Assembly (NCBI GenBank): GCA_045650505.1
Contig: JAZRRE010000002.1
Coordinates: 5,983-69,982 of the forward strand
Origin: Clostridia bacterium
Lineage (GTDB): Bacteria > Bacillota > Clostridia > Christensenellales > UBA1242
Reading direction: 5' to 3'
Length of the DNA: 64,000 nt
The notes under the pieces were generated by a model, which was given only the letters and a program-made list of their open reading frames with translations, had not been told where the DNA came from and searched no databases. The position numbers and the translations under genes were made by a program. Shown piece by piece: positions 28,543-37,786 of this stretch. Numbering within the stretch: position 1 is the stretch's first letter; each line of letters starts with the position of its first letter.

Positions 28543-30639
28543 ATGTTTGAACAAGAAAGAGATTTTAAATTAGAACTTGCAGGAAAAGTTATTGAAGTTA
28601 AGACCGGCAAATATTGTGGTCAAGCTAACGGAACTTGCCAAGTTAAATGTGGTGACACTGTTGTTATGGTTAATGTAACAATGAGTGAAACAGCTAGAGA
28701 AGGTCAAGACTTCTTCCCACTTTGTGTTGACTTTGAAGAAAAAATGTATTCAGTTGGAAAATTTCCAGGTGGATATAAAAAGAGAGAAGGAAGAGCTAGT
28801 GACCAAGCTATTTTAGTTTCAAGACTTATTGATAGACCAATTAGACCACTTTTCCCAAAAGGTTTCTATAATGATGTTGCAGTTGTTGCAACAGCACTTT
28901 CTGTTGACCCAGACTTCCCACCAGAAGTTCTTGCAATGATTGGTTCATCAGTTGCACTTTCAGTGTCTGATATTCCATTTGCTGGTCCAACAGGTTCAGT
29001 TGTTGTTGGTTATATTGATGGCAAATTCGTTATCAACCCTAACCAAGAAGAAGCAGAAAAGAGCTTAATGCACGTTACAGTTTCTGGAACTAAAGATGCC
29101 ATTATGATGGTTGAAGCTGGTGCAAAAGAAGTTACAGAAGAAGAAATGAGAGATGCAATTTTATATGCTCATGGCTACATTAAAGAAATTGTTGCTTTCA
29201 TTGAAGAAATTGCAAAAGTTGCAGGCAAACCAAAGAAAGAAGTTAAACTTTTTGCTGTTGGTGAAGATGTTGAAAAAGATGTTCGCGATTATGTGACAGC
29301 AAATCTTCAAAAAGCAATGGAACCACTTGCTGATAAAGTTGCTTACAATGAAAGAATTGATGCAGTTCTTGAAGATTGCAAAGAACACTTTGCTGAAAAA
29401 TATGAAGAAAGACAACAAGAAGTTGACACTATTCTTTATAAAATGCAAAAAGAAATTGTTCGTAAGAACATTATTGAAAAAGCTGCTCGTCCTGATGGCA
29501 GAAAAACAAAAGAAATCAGACCAATCTGGTGCCAAGTTGGAACTCTTCCAAGAGTTCACGGAACAGGCGTGTTCACTCGTGGTGAAACACAAGTTCTTAA
29601 CTGTTTAACACTTGCAACTGTTTCTGAAGCTCAAAGAATGGATGGTTTAGATGGTGAAGAAGATGCTTATAAGAGATACATTCACCAATATAATATGCCT
29701 CCTTATGCAACAGGTGAAGCTAGAAACTTAAGGTCACCTGGTCGTCGTGAAATTGGTCACGGAGCTTTAGCAGAAAGAGCACTTCTTGCAGTTATTCCAA
29801 CTGAAGAAGAATTCCCATACGCGCTTCGTTTGGTTTCTGAAGTTTTATCTTCAAATGGTTCATCATCAATGGCTTCTGTTTGTGCTTCAACACTTTCACT
29901 TATGGACGCTGGTGTTCCAATCAAAGCTCCTGTAGCTGGTGTTGCTATGGGTCTTATCAAAGATGAAGAATCTGGCAAAGTTGTAGTACTTACAGATATT
30001 CAAGGTCTTGAAGATTTCTTCGGCGATATGGATTTCAAAGTTGCTGGAACTAAAAAAGGTATCACAGCAATTCAAATGGATATCAAAATCAAAGGTATTG
30101 ATGAAAATATCTTAACAACCGCACTTGCACAAGCAAGAGAAGGCAGACTTGAAATTATGGATAAAATGCTTGATACTATTCCAGAATCAAGAGACCATTT
30201 GAGCCCATATGCTCCAAAAATCATCACATTCAAGATTAATCCTGAAAAGATTGGTGAAGTTATTGGTCAAGGTGGAAAAACTATCAATAAAATCATTGAT
30301 AAAACAGGCGTTAAAATTGATATTGAAGATGATGGAACAGTTATGGTTTCTTCTGCTAGCATTGAAGCTTGCAACGAAGCTAAAGCTATCATTGAAGATA
30401 TTGTGTTTGTTCCTGAAGTTGGTGAGAGATACACAGGCACAGTTGTTAGAATTATGCAATTTGGTGCATTTGTTGAAATTTCATCAAATGTTGATGGTAT
30501 GATTCACATTTCTAAACTCGCTTCAAAGAGAGTTGAAAGAGTTGAAGATGTTGTGAAAATTGGTGATAAGGTTGAAGTTGAAGTTATCAAAGTTGATGAA
30601 AAAGACAGAGTTGACCTTAAACTTGTTAAAAAATTATAA
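28543..30639 (+). CDS. pnp: Polyribonucleotide nucleotidyltransferase (PNPase)
   Basis: Two RNase PH domains plus KH (GKTINKIID) and S1 (GTVVRIMQFGAFVEI). Confidence 0.96.
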   Translation: MFEQERDFKLELAGKVIEVKTGKYCGQANGTCQVKCGDTVVMVNVTMSETAREGQDFFPLCVDFEEKMYSVGKFPGGYKKREGRASDQAILVSRLIDRPIRPLFPKGFYNDVAVVATALSVDPDFPPEVLAMIGSSVALSVSDIPFAGPTGSVVVGYIDGKFVINPNQEEAEKSLMHVTVSGTKDAIMMVEAGAKEVTEEEMRDAILYAHGYIKEIVAFIEEIAKVAGKPKKEVKLFAVGEDVEKDVRDYVTANLQKAMEPLADKVAYNERIDAVLEDCKEHFAEKYEERQQEVDTILYKMQKEIVRKNIIEKAARPDGRKTKEIRPIWCQVGTLPRVHGTGVFTRGETQVLNCLTLATVSEAQRMDGLDGEEDAYKRYIHQYNMPPYATGEARNLRSPGRREIGHGALAERALLAVIPTEEEFPYALRLVSEVLSSNGSSSMASVCASTLSLMDAGVPIKAPVAGVAMGLIKDEESGKVVVLTDIQGLEDFFGDMDFKVAGTKKGITAIQMDIKIKGIDENILTTALAQAREGRLEIMDKMLDTIPESRDHLSPYAPKIITFKINPEKIGEVIGQGGKTINKIIDKTGVKIDIEDDGTVMVSSASIEACNEAKAIIEDIVFVPEVGERYTGTVVRIMQFGAFVEISSNVDGMIHISKLASKRVERVEDVVKIGDKVEVEVIKVDEKDRVDLKLVKKL

Positions 30640-30644
30640 TTTTA

Positions 30645-30676
30645 AAAGACTTGTGAAACTCACAAGTCTTTTTTTG
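30645..30676 (+). terminator. Intrinsic terminator after pnp
   Basis: aagacttgtg/cacaagtctt hairpin followed by T6. Confidence 0.8.
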
Positions 30677-30709
30677 TGCTAAAAAATATTACATTTCATA
30701 TAATTTACT

Positions 30710-31438
30710 ATGAAGAAATCAAAAAAAGAATTTATTTTTAGAAATGTTATCTCAAATATAGTTATATCCATTGTTTTAATGGTTGTTGTAATTGGTTGTT
30801 TTATAAATTCAAATAAGGATTCATCATATGCTTCAAACAGTGAATATAATGGAACAATTTATGCGGGTGACAAAAGTTCAAAAAATGTGTCGTTAATGGT
30901 TAATGTTTATTGGGGAAATGAAGAACTTGAAGAAGTGCTTGAAATATTAAAAAAACACAATATAAAAACAACATTTTTTATTGGTGGAAGTTGGGCGGTT
31001 AAAAATCAAGAACTTTTGAAAAAAATTCATAGTTTAGGTCACGAAATTGCAAGTCACGGATATTCTCACAAAGAACATGGTAAAATTTCTTATGAAGATA
31101 ATGTTATTGAAATTCAAAAGTGTCATAATGTTGTTAAGGAAATTTTGGGGATAGATATGGAACTTTTTGCACCGCCAGGCGGTTCATATAACAAAAACAC
31201 AATTAATGCTGCAAATGGGTTGGGTTACAAAACTATTATGTGGACTCGTGATACCATTGATTGGAGAGATAAAAATACAGAACTAATTTATTCAAGAGCA
31301 GTGTCAAAAATGAGTGGCGGAGATTTGATTTTAATGCACCCAACTAAATGTACAAAAGATGCTTTAGAGAGGATAATTAATTATGCAAAAGAATCAAATT
31401 TAAAACTTACAACTGTGAGTGAAACTTTAGGGTTGTAA
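30710..31438 (+). CDS. Polysaccharide deacetylase family protein (YlxY/PdaB-like)
   Basis: N-terminal TM and a NodB-type domain (TTFFIGGSW, ASHGYSHKEH). Sits downstream of pnp, as ylxY does in Bacillus. Confidence 0.75.
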   Translation: MKKSKKEFIFRNVISNIVISIVLMVVVIGCFINSNKDSSYASNSEYNGTIYAGDKSSKNVSLMVNVYWGNEELEEVLEILKKHNIKTTFFIGGSWAVKNQELLKKIHSLGHEIASHGYSHKEHGKISYEDNVIEIQKCHNVVKEILGIDMELFAPPGGSYNKNTINAANGLGYKTIMWTRDTIDWRDKNTELIYSRAVSKMSGGDLILMHPTKCTKDALERIINYAKESNLKLTTVSETLGL

Positions 31439-31571
31439 AAATCTAAAATTTTATGTTAAAATGTTAAAAAAATATATAAAAGTTTCAAAAATATGCAAAA
31501 TCCGTTTTTATTACGGATTTTTTTGTTATATAATAAATATGTATAATTATATTATTATTGGAGAGTGATTT

Positions 31572-32837
31572 ATGGCACTTAACACATTTTCAAATGGACT
31601 TCGACTTATTTGCAATTTGAAACCTGAAAAGAAGATTGCGTGTGTGGTTTTGCATATTGCAGGCGGAACACAATCTGAAAAGAATTTTCAAAGCGGTATC
31701 AGTGATTATTTAACCAAGATTATGCTTATGGGAACAAAACAACACCCAACAAAAGATTCGCTTATGAATTATGCGAAACTTAATGGTATCATTTTGACTC
31801 CTCACAATTCAAAAGAGAGTATAACAATCAGCGCACTTTGCCCAAAAGAAAATATTGAAAAGGCAATTGCACTTCTTTCTGAAATTGCATTCAATACAAC
31901 ATTTGCGGCAGAAAGTGGTGAAAAGGTTAGAAAACAACTTTTGGCTCAAGTTTCAATGCTTTCAGAAAATCCACAATACATTATGGATAGACTTTTGAAT
32001 TCAACTCTTTATTTTAGAACCGGTCTTGCAAATCCTAAATCAGGAACAAATATCACCGTTTCAAGATTTCGTTCACTTGATGCAAAAGATTATCTTGCGC
32101 GTGTGTTCACACCAAGAAATACAATTATTTCTGTTGTTGGTGATGTATCTCAAGAAGAAATTTATGATTTGGTTAAACTTTATTTCTTTGACAAGATGAA
32201 AGACACTGAAACTGAATACAAGAAACTTAAGTATGTTTCAGAAATCGATGAGTTTGAAGGTTGCGCTAAAGGAAGAGTTAAACGTCTTAACCAAACTAGA
32301 TTTTTGATTGCATTTCCAACTGTTTCATTTAAAGACAAAGAAAAGTATATCATTGAGATGATTAAGCCGGTTATGATTAACAGAATCAAACTTTCTCTTG
32401 CAAACCAAAATTATTATTTTGATACAAAAATCAAAACAAAATATTATGCTAATAACGGAAATTTAGTTTTTGATATTTTGGTTGACTATGATGTTGCTGA
32501 AGACCATTTATATAACGTGGTTAACGCGATTAATGAAGATATTAAAAACAGACCACTTTCAGTTGATGAATTTGAAACAGAAAAGAGAGTTTATGTTACA
32601 AACTTCATTAACACTTATGATAATGTGCTTGAAAATTCACTTATTTCAGCAAAACATTTAGCACTTACAAAGCAAACATTTAGTGAAAACACAGAAAGAC
32701 TTAAAATGGAAGTTCTTACAAATAAAGATGCAAACAAGCTTTTAAAATCTATTCTTGATTTTGAAAAAATGGTTGTTATTTATTTAGGACACGATATCGT
32801 TGTAGATTATGAAAGCTTGATGGACCAAGTTAGATAG
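31572..32837 (+). CDS. M16 (pitrilysin) family peptidase homolog lacking the HxxEH zinc motif
   Basis: Fold-level resemblance to MlpA/YmxG and the same synteny. The position of HFLEH reads SDYLTK. Confidence 0.7.
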   Translation: MALNTFSNGLRLICNLKPEKKIACVVLHIAGGTQSEKNFQSGISDYLTKIMLMGTKQHPTKDSLMNYAKLNGIILTPHNSKESITISALCPKENIEKAIALLSEIAFNTTFAAESGEKVRKQLLAQVSMLSENPQYIMDRLLNSTLYFRTGLANPKSGTNITVSRFRSLDAKDYLARVFTPRNTIISVVGDVSQEEIYDLVKLYFFDKMKDTETEYKKLKYVSEIDEFEGCAKGRVKRLNQTRFLIAFPTVSFKDKEKYIIEMIKPVMINRIKLSLANQNYYFDTKIKTKYYANNGNLVFDILVDYDVAEDHLYNVVNAINEDIKNRPLSVDEFETEKRVYVTNFINTYDNVLENSLISAKHLALTKQTFSENTERLKMEVLTNKDANKLLKSILDFEKMVVIYLGHDIVVDYESLMDQVR

Positions 32838-32846
32838 AGGTGTGAT

Positions 32847-35819
32847 TTGAAAAATAATAACAGAAATATAAATATGTCAAAGCGAAGAGTTGTTGGGCTT
32901 ATTAGCCTAATGATTTTTTCGCTTGCATTTATATTTGCTTGCCTTAAAAAAGTTTTACCAATAGGAGAATGGATTGTTGGAACTTTTGGTTGGCTTGCTT
33001 ATCCAATGTGTTTGGTTTTTGCATTCATCAGTTTGGCTGCATTTATGGGTTTTTCTTATTCAAAAAGCACAAAACCATTAAAATTATTTGTAGTTTCATT
33101 ATTTGCAATCCTTCTTACTATTCATTCAATTCAAACATACAAAGATTTAGATAGTGTTGTTAAATTTTACCAATTAAAGAAATATTTAGCTGTTTCTTAT
33201 TCAAATGTTACTGTTGTTGGAAGTTTTGGTTCAATTCTTGGTGGTTTAATTTCAATGCTTCTTGGTGGAATGGGAACAATTATTTCATATGTTATTGTTG
33301 CAACAATTTCTATTGGTCTTTTGTTTGACTATGAACTTTATGGAAAATATCACGAAACTCATATCAAAAAATTAAAAACTAGAAGAGTTCGTGAGACTGT
33401 TTCAAATAGTGATAAAAAGGTAAGCAATGAAGGTGTTCCTGATTATTCATTTACTTCTAATAGTGCTATTGATGAATTTTCAGTTGATGCAAGAGAGTAT
33501 GAACAAAGTTTGAATGACTCAACATATCAACCAGCAACAACAGGTTATGGTGATAGTGAAATTATTGGTGAAATCACTAATGACTATGATGAAGAAAATT
33601 TTGTTCAAACTAGTTATAATGATGAAAATCAAGAATTAAACACATTTTCAAATGGAGTTTATAAAACAGAATATATTCCTGATATTTACTCTGAAGAAGA
33701 TATGAATAAGTCACGAAGAGAATTTATGATGGCTACTCAAGGAATTTCTCCGACAGACATAAACAATAATTCCAATGACAATATGTCTAATATTGGAGTA
33801 AATAACACTTCATATGGCAGTGGAATAGATTTTGATTCACTTTCAAATTTTGGAGAAGAACAAGAAGCTGAAACTTCAAATGATGGTTATAACTTTGGAA
33901 AAATATTTGGTGACACACCATTTGAAAATACACAACAAAGTGAAGATGATGAACAAGACATTGATGCAGGTTTTTCAAGTATTTTAAATGAGCCTGAAGC
34001 AGATATTGAAAATGAAGTAAAAAATGATATTTTTGGATATCCAGAACAAGAAACAAGTTATGGATATAAAGAACAAACAGCTTCAGCATTAAATAATTCA
34101 TCTGATAATTTAAACACAAGATTTGGAAGTGGGTTTAATCCACCTCAAACAAATATAGAACCAATTAGACCTGCTCAACAGCAACCTTATGGTGGTTTTG
34201 GTGCTATACAAAATCCATACACATCAGCACAAACATCAAATGGACGTGGTTTTCAACAAATATTTGAACCAGCTCCTCAACCACAACCTGTTATTCAAAA
34301 GAAAGATTTTAAATCAACACAAGGTGTTATTCCTGGTGTAAGATATAGTGCTCCAACACTTGAACTTTTAAGAAAACCAATTCCAGATAAAGGTGATTAT
34401 ACCGCAGAACAAGCACATAAAACAACCTTGCTTGAAAATGCTCTTGAAGCATTTAACATTTCAGCAAAAGTTGTAAACATTGTTCGTGGTCCAAAAATTA
34501 CAAGATTTGAACTTTCTCTTCCTCGTGGTGTTTCTGTTAATAAAATTCCAACATTAGAAAATGATATTGCGGCGGCACTTGCTGCAAAAACAATCACAAT
34601 AAGAGCTCCAATTCCTGGAAGCACATATGTTGGTATTGAGCTTGAAAATAAAACATTTACCACAGTTTATCAAAGAGAGCTCTTTGAAAGTGAAGCGTTC
34701 CAAAACTGTAAAGACCCACTTCCAATTGCGATTGGAAAAGATATTTCTGGTGAAATCATTGTTAAGAGTTTGGTTGATATGGTTCACTTGCTCATTGCGG
34801 GTTCAACCGGTTCGGGTAAATCTGTATTCATTCACAACATCGTTTTGAGCTTAATTTATAAAAATAGTCCAGAAGATTTAAGACTTATTATGATTGACCC
34901 TAAAAAAGTTGAATTTCCAATTTATAATGGGCTTCCACATCTCTTAACACCAAAGGTTGTTTCTGGTTCGCAAAAAGCAATCAACGCGCTTAAATGGTGT
35001 GTTAAAGAAATGGAAAGAAGATATAGCCTTATGGAACAAGCAGGTTTTAACAATATTAAACCTTATAATAAGAGTAATCTTGTTAAAGCAGGTCAACTTG
35101 AAAAGTTACCATATATTGTAATTGTTGTTGACGAACTTGCAGAAATTATGCAAGCAAATAAAAAAGAAGCCGAAGCATGTATTCAACGTATTACACAACT
35201 TGCACGTGCTTGTGGAATGCATATGGTTGTTGCAACACAAAGACCATCTGTTGATATCATTACTGGTGTTATCAAAACAAACATTCCATCTAGAATTGCA
35301 TTTAGTTTGCAATCTGGTATTGACTCTAAAACAATCATTAATACTGTTGGTGCTGAAAAACTTCTTGGTAGGGGTGATATGATATTTTTCCCAACAGGAA
35401 CATCTGCAATGCCAAGACTTCAAGCATCTTACGCAACTGATGAAGAAATTAGAGCAGTTATTGATTATACAATTAAAAACAATCCTGCTAGTTATGATGA
35501 AACAGTTGAAAATGCAATGAATGAAGAACAAGTTGAATCAGATTCTGTTGGTTTTTCAGGAGGAAGTGGGGTTCCTCAACCAAGAGAAGAACTTGATTCA
35601 TTGTTTAAAGTGGCACTTAAAACTGTTATGCTTAATAATGGTGCATCAACATCATATTTGCAAAGAAGACTTGCAATTGGTTATTCAAGAGCCGCAAAAA
35701 TTATTGACCAAATGACTGACAAGGGATATATTGCTCAAGCAAATGGTTCAAAACAAAGAAAAATATTAATTACTCCAGAAGAATTTAGAGAACAATTTGG
35801 AGAAGAATTTGACAGTTAG
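32847..35819 (+). CDS. ftsK: DNA translocase FtsK/SpoIIIE
   Basis: 4-5 N-terminal TM helices, a long Q/N/P-rich linker and a motor domain. Walker A is GSTGSGKS (~34797-34823), Walker B is VVDELAE, then ATQRPS. C-terminal gamma wHTH present (ASTSYLQRRLAIGYSRAAKIID). Start is TTG 32847 or ATG 32874. Confidence 0.92.
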   Translation: MKNNNRNINMSKRRVVGLISLMIFSLAFIFACLKKVLPIGEWIVGTFGWLAYPMCLVFAFISLAAFMGFSYSKSTKPLKLFVVSLFAILLTIHSIQTYKDLDSVVKFYQLKKYLAVSYSNVTVVGSFGSILGGLISMLLGGMGTIISYVIVATISIGLLFDYELYGKYHETHIKKLKTRRVRETVSNSDKKVSNEGVPDYSFTSNSAIDEFSVDAREYEQSLNDSTYQPATTGYGDSEIIGEITNDYDEENFVQTSYNDENQELNTFSNGVYKTEYIPDIYSEEDMNKSRREFMMATQGISPTDINNNSNDNMSNIGVNNTSYGSGIDFDSLSNFGEEQEAETSNDGYNFGKIFGDTPFENTQQSEDDEQDIDAGFSSILNEPEADIENEVKNDIFGYPEQETSYGYKEQTASALNNSSDNLNTRFGSGFNPPQTNIEPIRPAQQQPYGGFGAIQNPYTSAQTSNGRGFQQIFEPAPQPQPVIQKKDFKSTQGVIPGVRYSAPTLELLRKPIPDKGDYTAEQAHKTTLLENALEAFNISAKVVNIVRGPKITRFELSLPRGVSVNKIPTLENDIAAALAAKTITIRAPIPGSTYVGIELENKTFTTVYQRELFESEAFQNCKDPLPIAIGKDISGEIIVKSLVDMVHLLIAGSTGSGKSVFIHNIVLSLIYKNSPEDLRLIMIDPKKVEFPIYNGLPHLLTPKVVSGSQKAINALKWCVKEMERRYSLMEQAGFNNIKPYNKSNLVKAGQLEKLPYIVIVVDELAEIMQANKKEAEACIQRITQLARACGMHMVVATQRPSVDIITGVIKTNIPSRIAFSLQSGIDSKTIINTVGAEKLLGRGDMIFFPTGTSAMPRLQASYATDEEIRAVIDYTIKNNPASYDETVENAMNEEQVESDSVGFSGGSGVPQPREELDSLFKVALKTVMLNNGASTSYLQRRLAIGYSRAAKIIDQMTDKGYIAQANGSKQRKILITPEEFREQFGEEFDS

Positions 35820-35857
35820 TTTAAACTAGAAACATTAAAAATGTGAGGTAAACAAAA

Positions 35858-37771
35858 TTGGATAAAAATGTTAGTTCAGTAAATCTTGATGAATTAAAAG
35901 CTGCAAGAGAAGCGTTAGATAGAGAACGTGGTGTTGAAACTGACCCAAATATGTATAACGACTATGACCCTGAAAAGCATAAGGCTGAAAAGGAACAAGA
36001 AAAACTTGCTAGAGAAAATGCATCATATAGTGAAGAAAATACTGATGTTAGTTCAAGTGAAAGTAATGAAGAGAGCATTACTATCAGTGCTGAACCAACA
36101 TTAGAGTCTAATGATGATTTAAAGATAGATTTATCAGAAAAAGATGATGATGAAATTATCATAAATCAAAGAAATGAATCAGCAGAAAGTGTTGATTCAT
36201 TTCAGCCGGTAACTGAAACTTCAGATGTTAAAGAACAAGCTGATGATGGCGAAGTTAATTTGAATATATATGATACTTTTGCTGATTTTGAAGTAAATTC
36301 TGAAAATCCACCAGAAGAAAAAACTGAAGTGGTGCCAGAACCAAAAATCGAAAGAGTGTTTAATGATGAACAAAAAGACGAAGAGCCTACTGAAATTAAT
36401 AGCGCAAGTTTAGACGATTTTTTAAAAGATTTAGATGCGATATTATCAAGTGATTCAACCGATGATGATGAAATTATTGCTGATGATAATAAAGTTGAAG
36501 AAACAAAAATTTTAAATGATACCACTACTGAAACAAAGACAGAAACTCAAGCTGCTGTTGAAGATTCAAATGAAGAAGGTGGTATTGATGATTTGCTTGC
36601 AAAATTAGACTTTGAAAATGGTGTGAAATCAGAACCAGAAAAAGTTGAAGAAACAAAAGTTGATTTTGTTGAAGATAAGGAAATAAAAACAACTGAAACA
36701 AATGATTCTGTTGAAAATGACATTTTTGCGTTTTCAAATTATGAAAACTTGGTAGATGCAGAACCTGTTATGGCAAACGTTGAGAGTGAATATAACACAG
36801 AAGTTCTTTCAGATTTTTCAAAATTAAGCACAATGGCTGATGAAATGGAAGCTGAAATGAATGAGATTACTCAAGTTGAAAATGCAGAAGCAGAAACACC
36901 AGAAGAAATTATTGAAGATGAAGAAGAAGTTGTTGAAGAAGAAAGTGTTTATCCAAAAATTGAGCCATTTAACTTTATTGATGTTATTAGCACTGAAGAA
37001 TTTCAAGATGAAGATAAGTTTTCTTATTTACTTGGCAAAAACGAAGAAGGTAAACTTGTTTATGGCCATTTAAAAGATACTTGCGGAACTGCGGTGTTTA
37101 CAAGAAACGAAGATGTTGTTTTTAGTGGATTCAGTTCAATTTTATTAAGCTTACTTTTGAAAAATACACCAGAAGAAATGCAATTTGTTGTGTGTGATGC
37201 GATGTTTGACAGTGAGTTTGATGTGTTTGAAAATAGTTCATATATGTATTTTAACAGAGTTGCAAAAAACAATCGTGAAATTGTTGACACTCTTATTGAG
37301 CTTTCAAAAGAAATTGAAAATAGATATAACAATCTTGTTTATGCTGGTGTTAAAAGTATAAGTTCTTATAATCTTCAAGCAGAAGATAGAGGCACAACAA
37401 AAATGCCATATATAGTTGTTTTTGTTAATAACTATGCAAAAATGTCACAGTTTTTAGATAATGAAAAAATCAATACTTGCATTTATAACATTTTAAAATT
37501 TGGTAGAATTGTTGGTGTTTATGTAATGCTCGCATCTGCTGGCGAAATTGAAAGAAGAGAAATTAATCATAATCTTCCAACAAGAATTGCATATAAAACA
37601 GAAGATGAATTTGAATCAGTTAAAGCAATTGGAAGTGAAGGTGCTGAAAATCTTGTTGATGAAAATGATTTCTTATATTCAACAATTTATGATGAAGAAG
37701 TGAAACACTTAAAAGTTGCAAATTTAACAAAAAAAGAAATTGAACTTGTTATAGAAAATTTAGAAAATTAG
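35858..37771 (+). CDS. FtsK-like pseudo-ATPase paralog with acidic low-complexity N-terminal half
   Basis: The C-terminal ~250 aa aligns by eye with the FtsK motor core of the upstream gene. Walker A reads TRNEDVVFS, Walker B DE reads NN, and ATQRPS reads ASAGEI. No TM helices and no gamma domain. The N-terminal ~380 aa is D/E-rich. Confidence 0.75.
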   Translation: MDKNVSSVNLDELKAAREALDRERGVETDPNMYNDYDPEKHKAEKEQEKLARENASYSEENTDVSSSESNEESITISAEPTLESNDDLKIDLSEKDDDEIIINQRNESAESVDSFQPVTETSDVKEQADDGEVNLNIYDTFADFEVNSENPPEEKTEVVPEPKIERVFNDEQKDEEPTEINSASLDDFLKDLDAILSSDSTDDDEIIADDNKVEETKILNDTTTETKTETQAAVEDSNEEGGIDDLLAKLDFENGVKSEPEKVEETKVDFVEDKEIKTTETNDSVENDIFAFSNYENLVDAEPVMANVESEYNTEVLSDFSKLSTMADEMEAEMNEITQVENAEAETPEEIIEDEEEVVEEESVYPKIEPFNFIDVISTEEFQDEDKFSYLLGKNEEGKLVYGHLKDTCGTAVFTRNEDVVFSGFSSILLSLLLKNTPEEMQFVVCDAMFDSEFDVFENSSYMYFNRVAKNNREIVDTLIELSKEIENRYNNLVYAGVKSISSYNLQAEDRGTTKMPYIVVFVNNYAKMSQFLDNEKINTCIYNILKFGRIVGVYVMLASAGEIERREINHNLPTRIAYKTEDEFESVKAIGSEGAENLVDENDFLYSTIYDEEVKHLKVANLTKKEIELVIENLEN

Positions 37772-37786
37772 AAACAAAGGTGAAAA

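Noticed and set aside
33400-34300. FtsK linker region and the antisense ORF 33787..34119 as a separate gene or repeat element
   Set aside because: The plus-strand frame is continuous from the TM domain to the motor domain. The linker is a Q/N/P/S-rich low-complexity segment, as is typical for FtsK. The antisense ORF has no start context.
35858-37771. Calling this ORF SpoIIIE, the second active FtsK-family translocase expected in a spore former
   Set aside because: It has no TM anchor and no gamma domain, and the Walker A, Walker B and arginine-finger regions are all substituted. It cannot be an active translocase.
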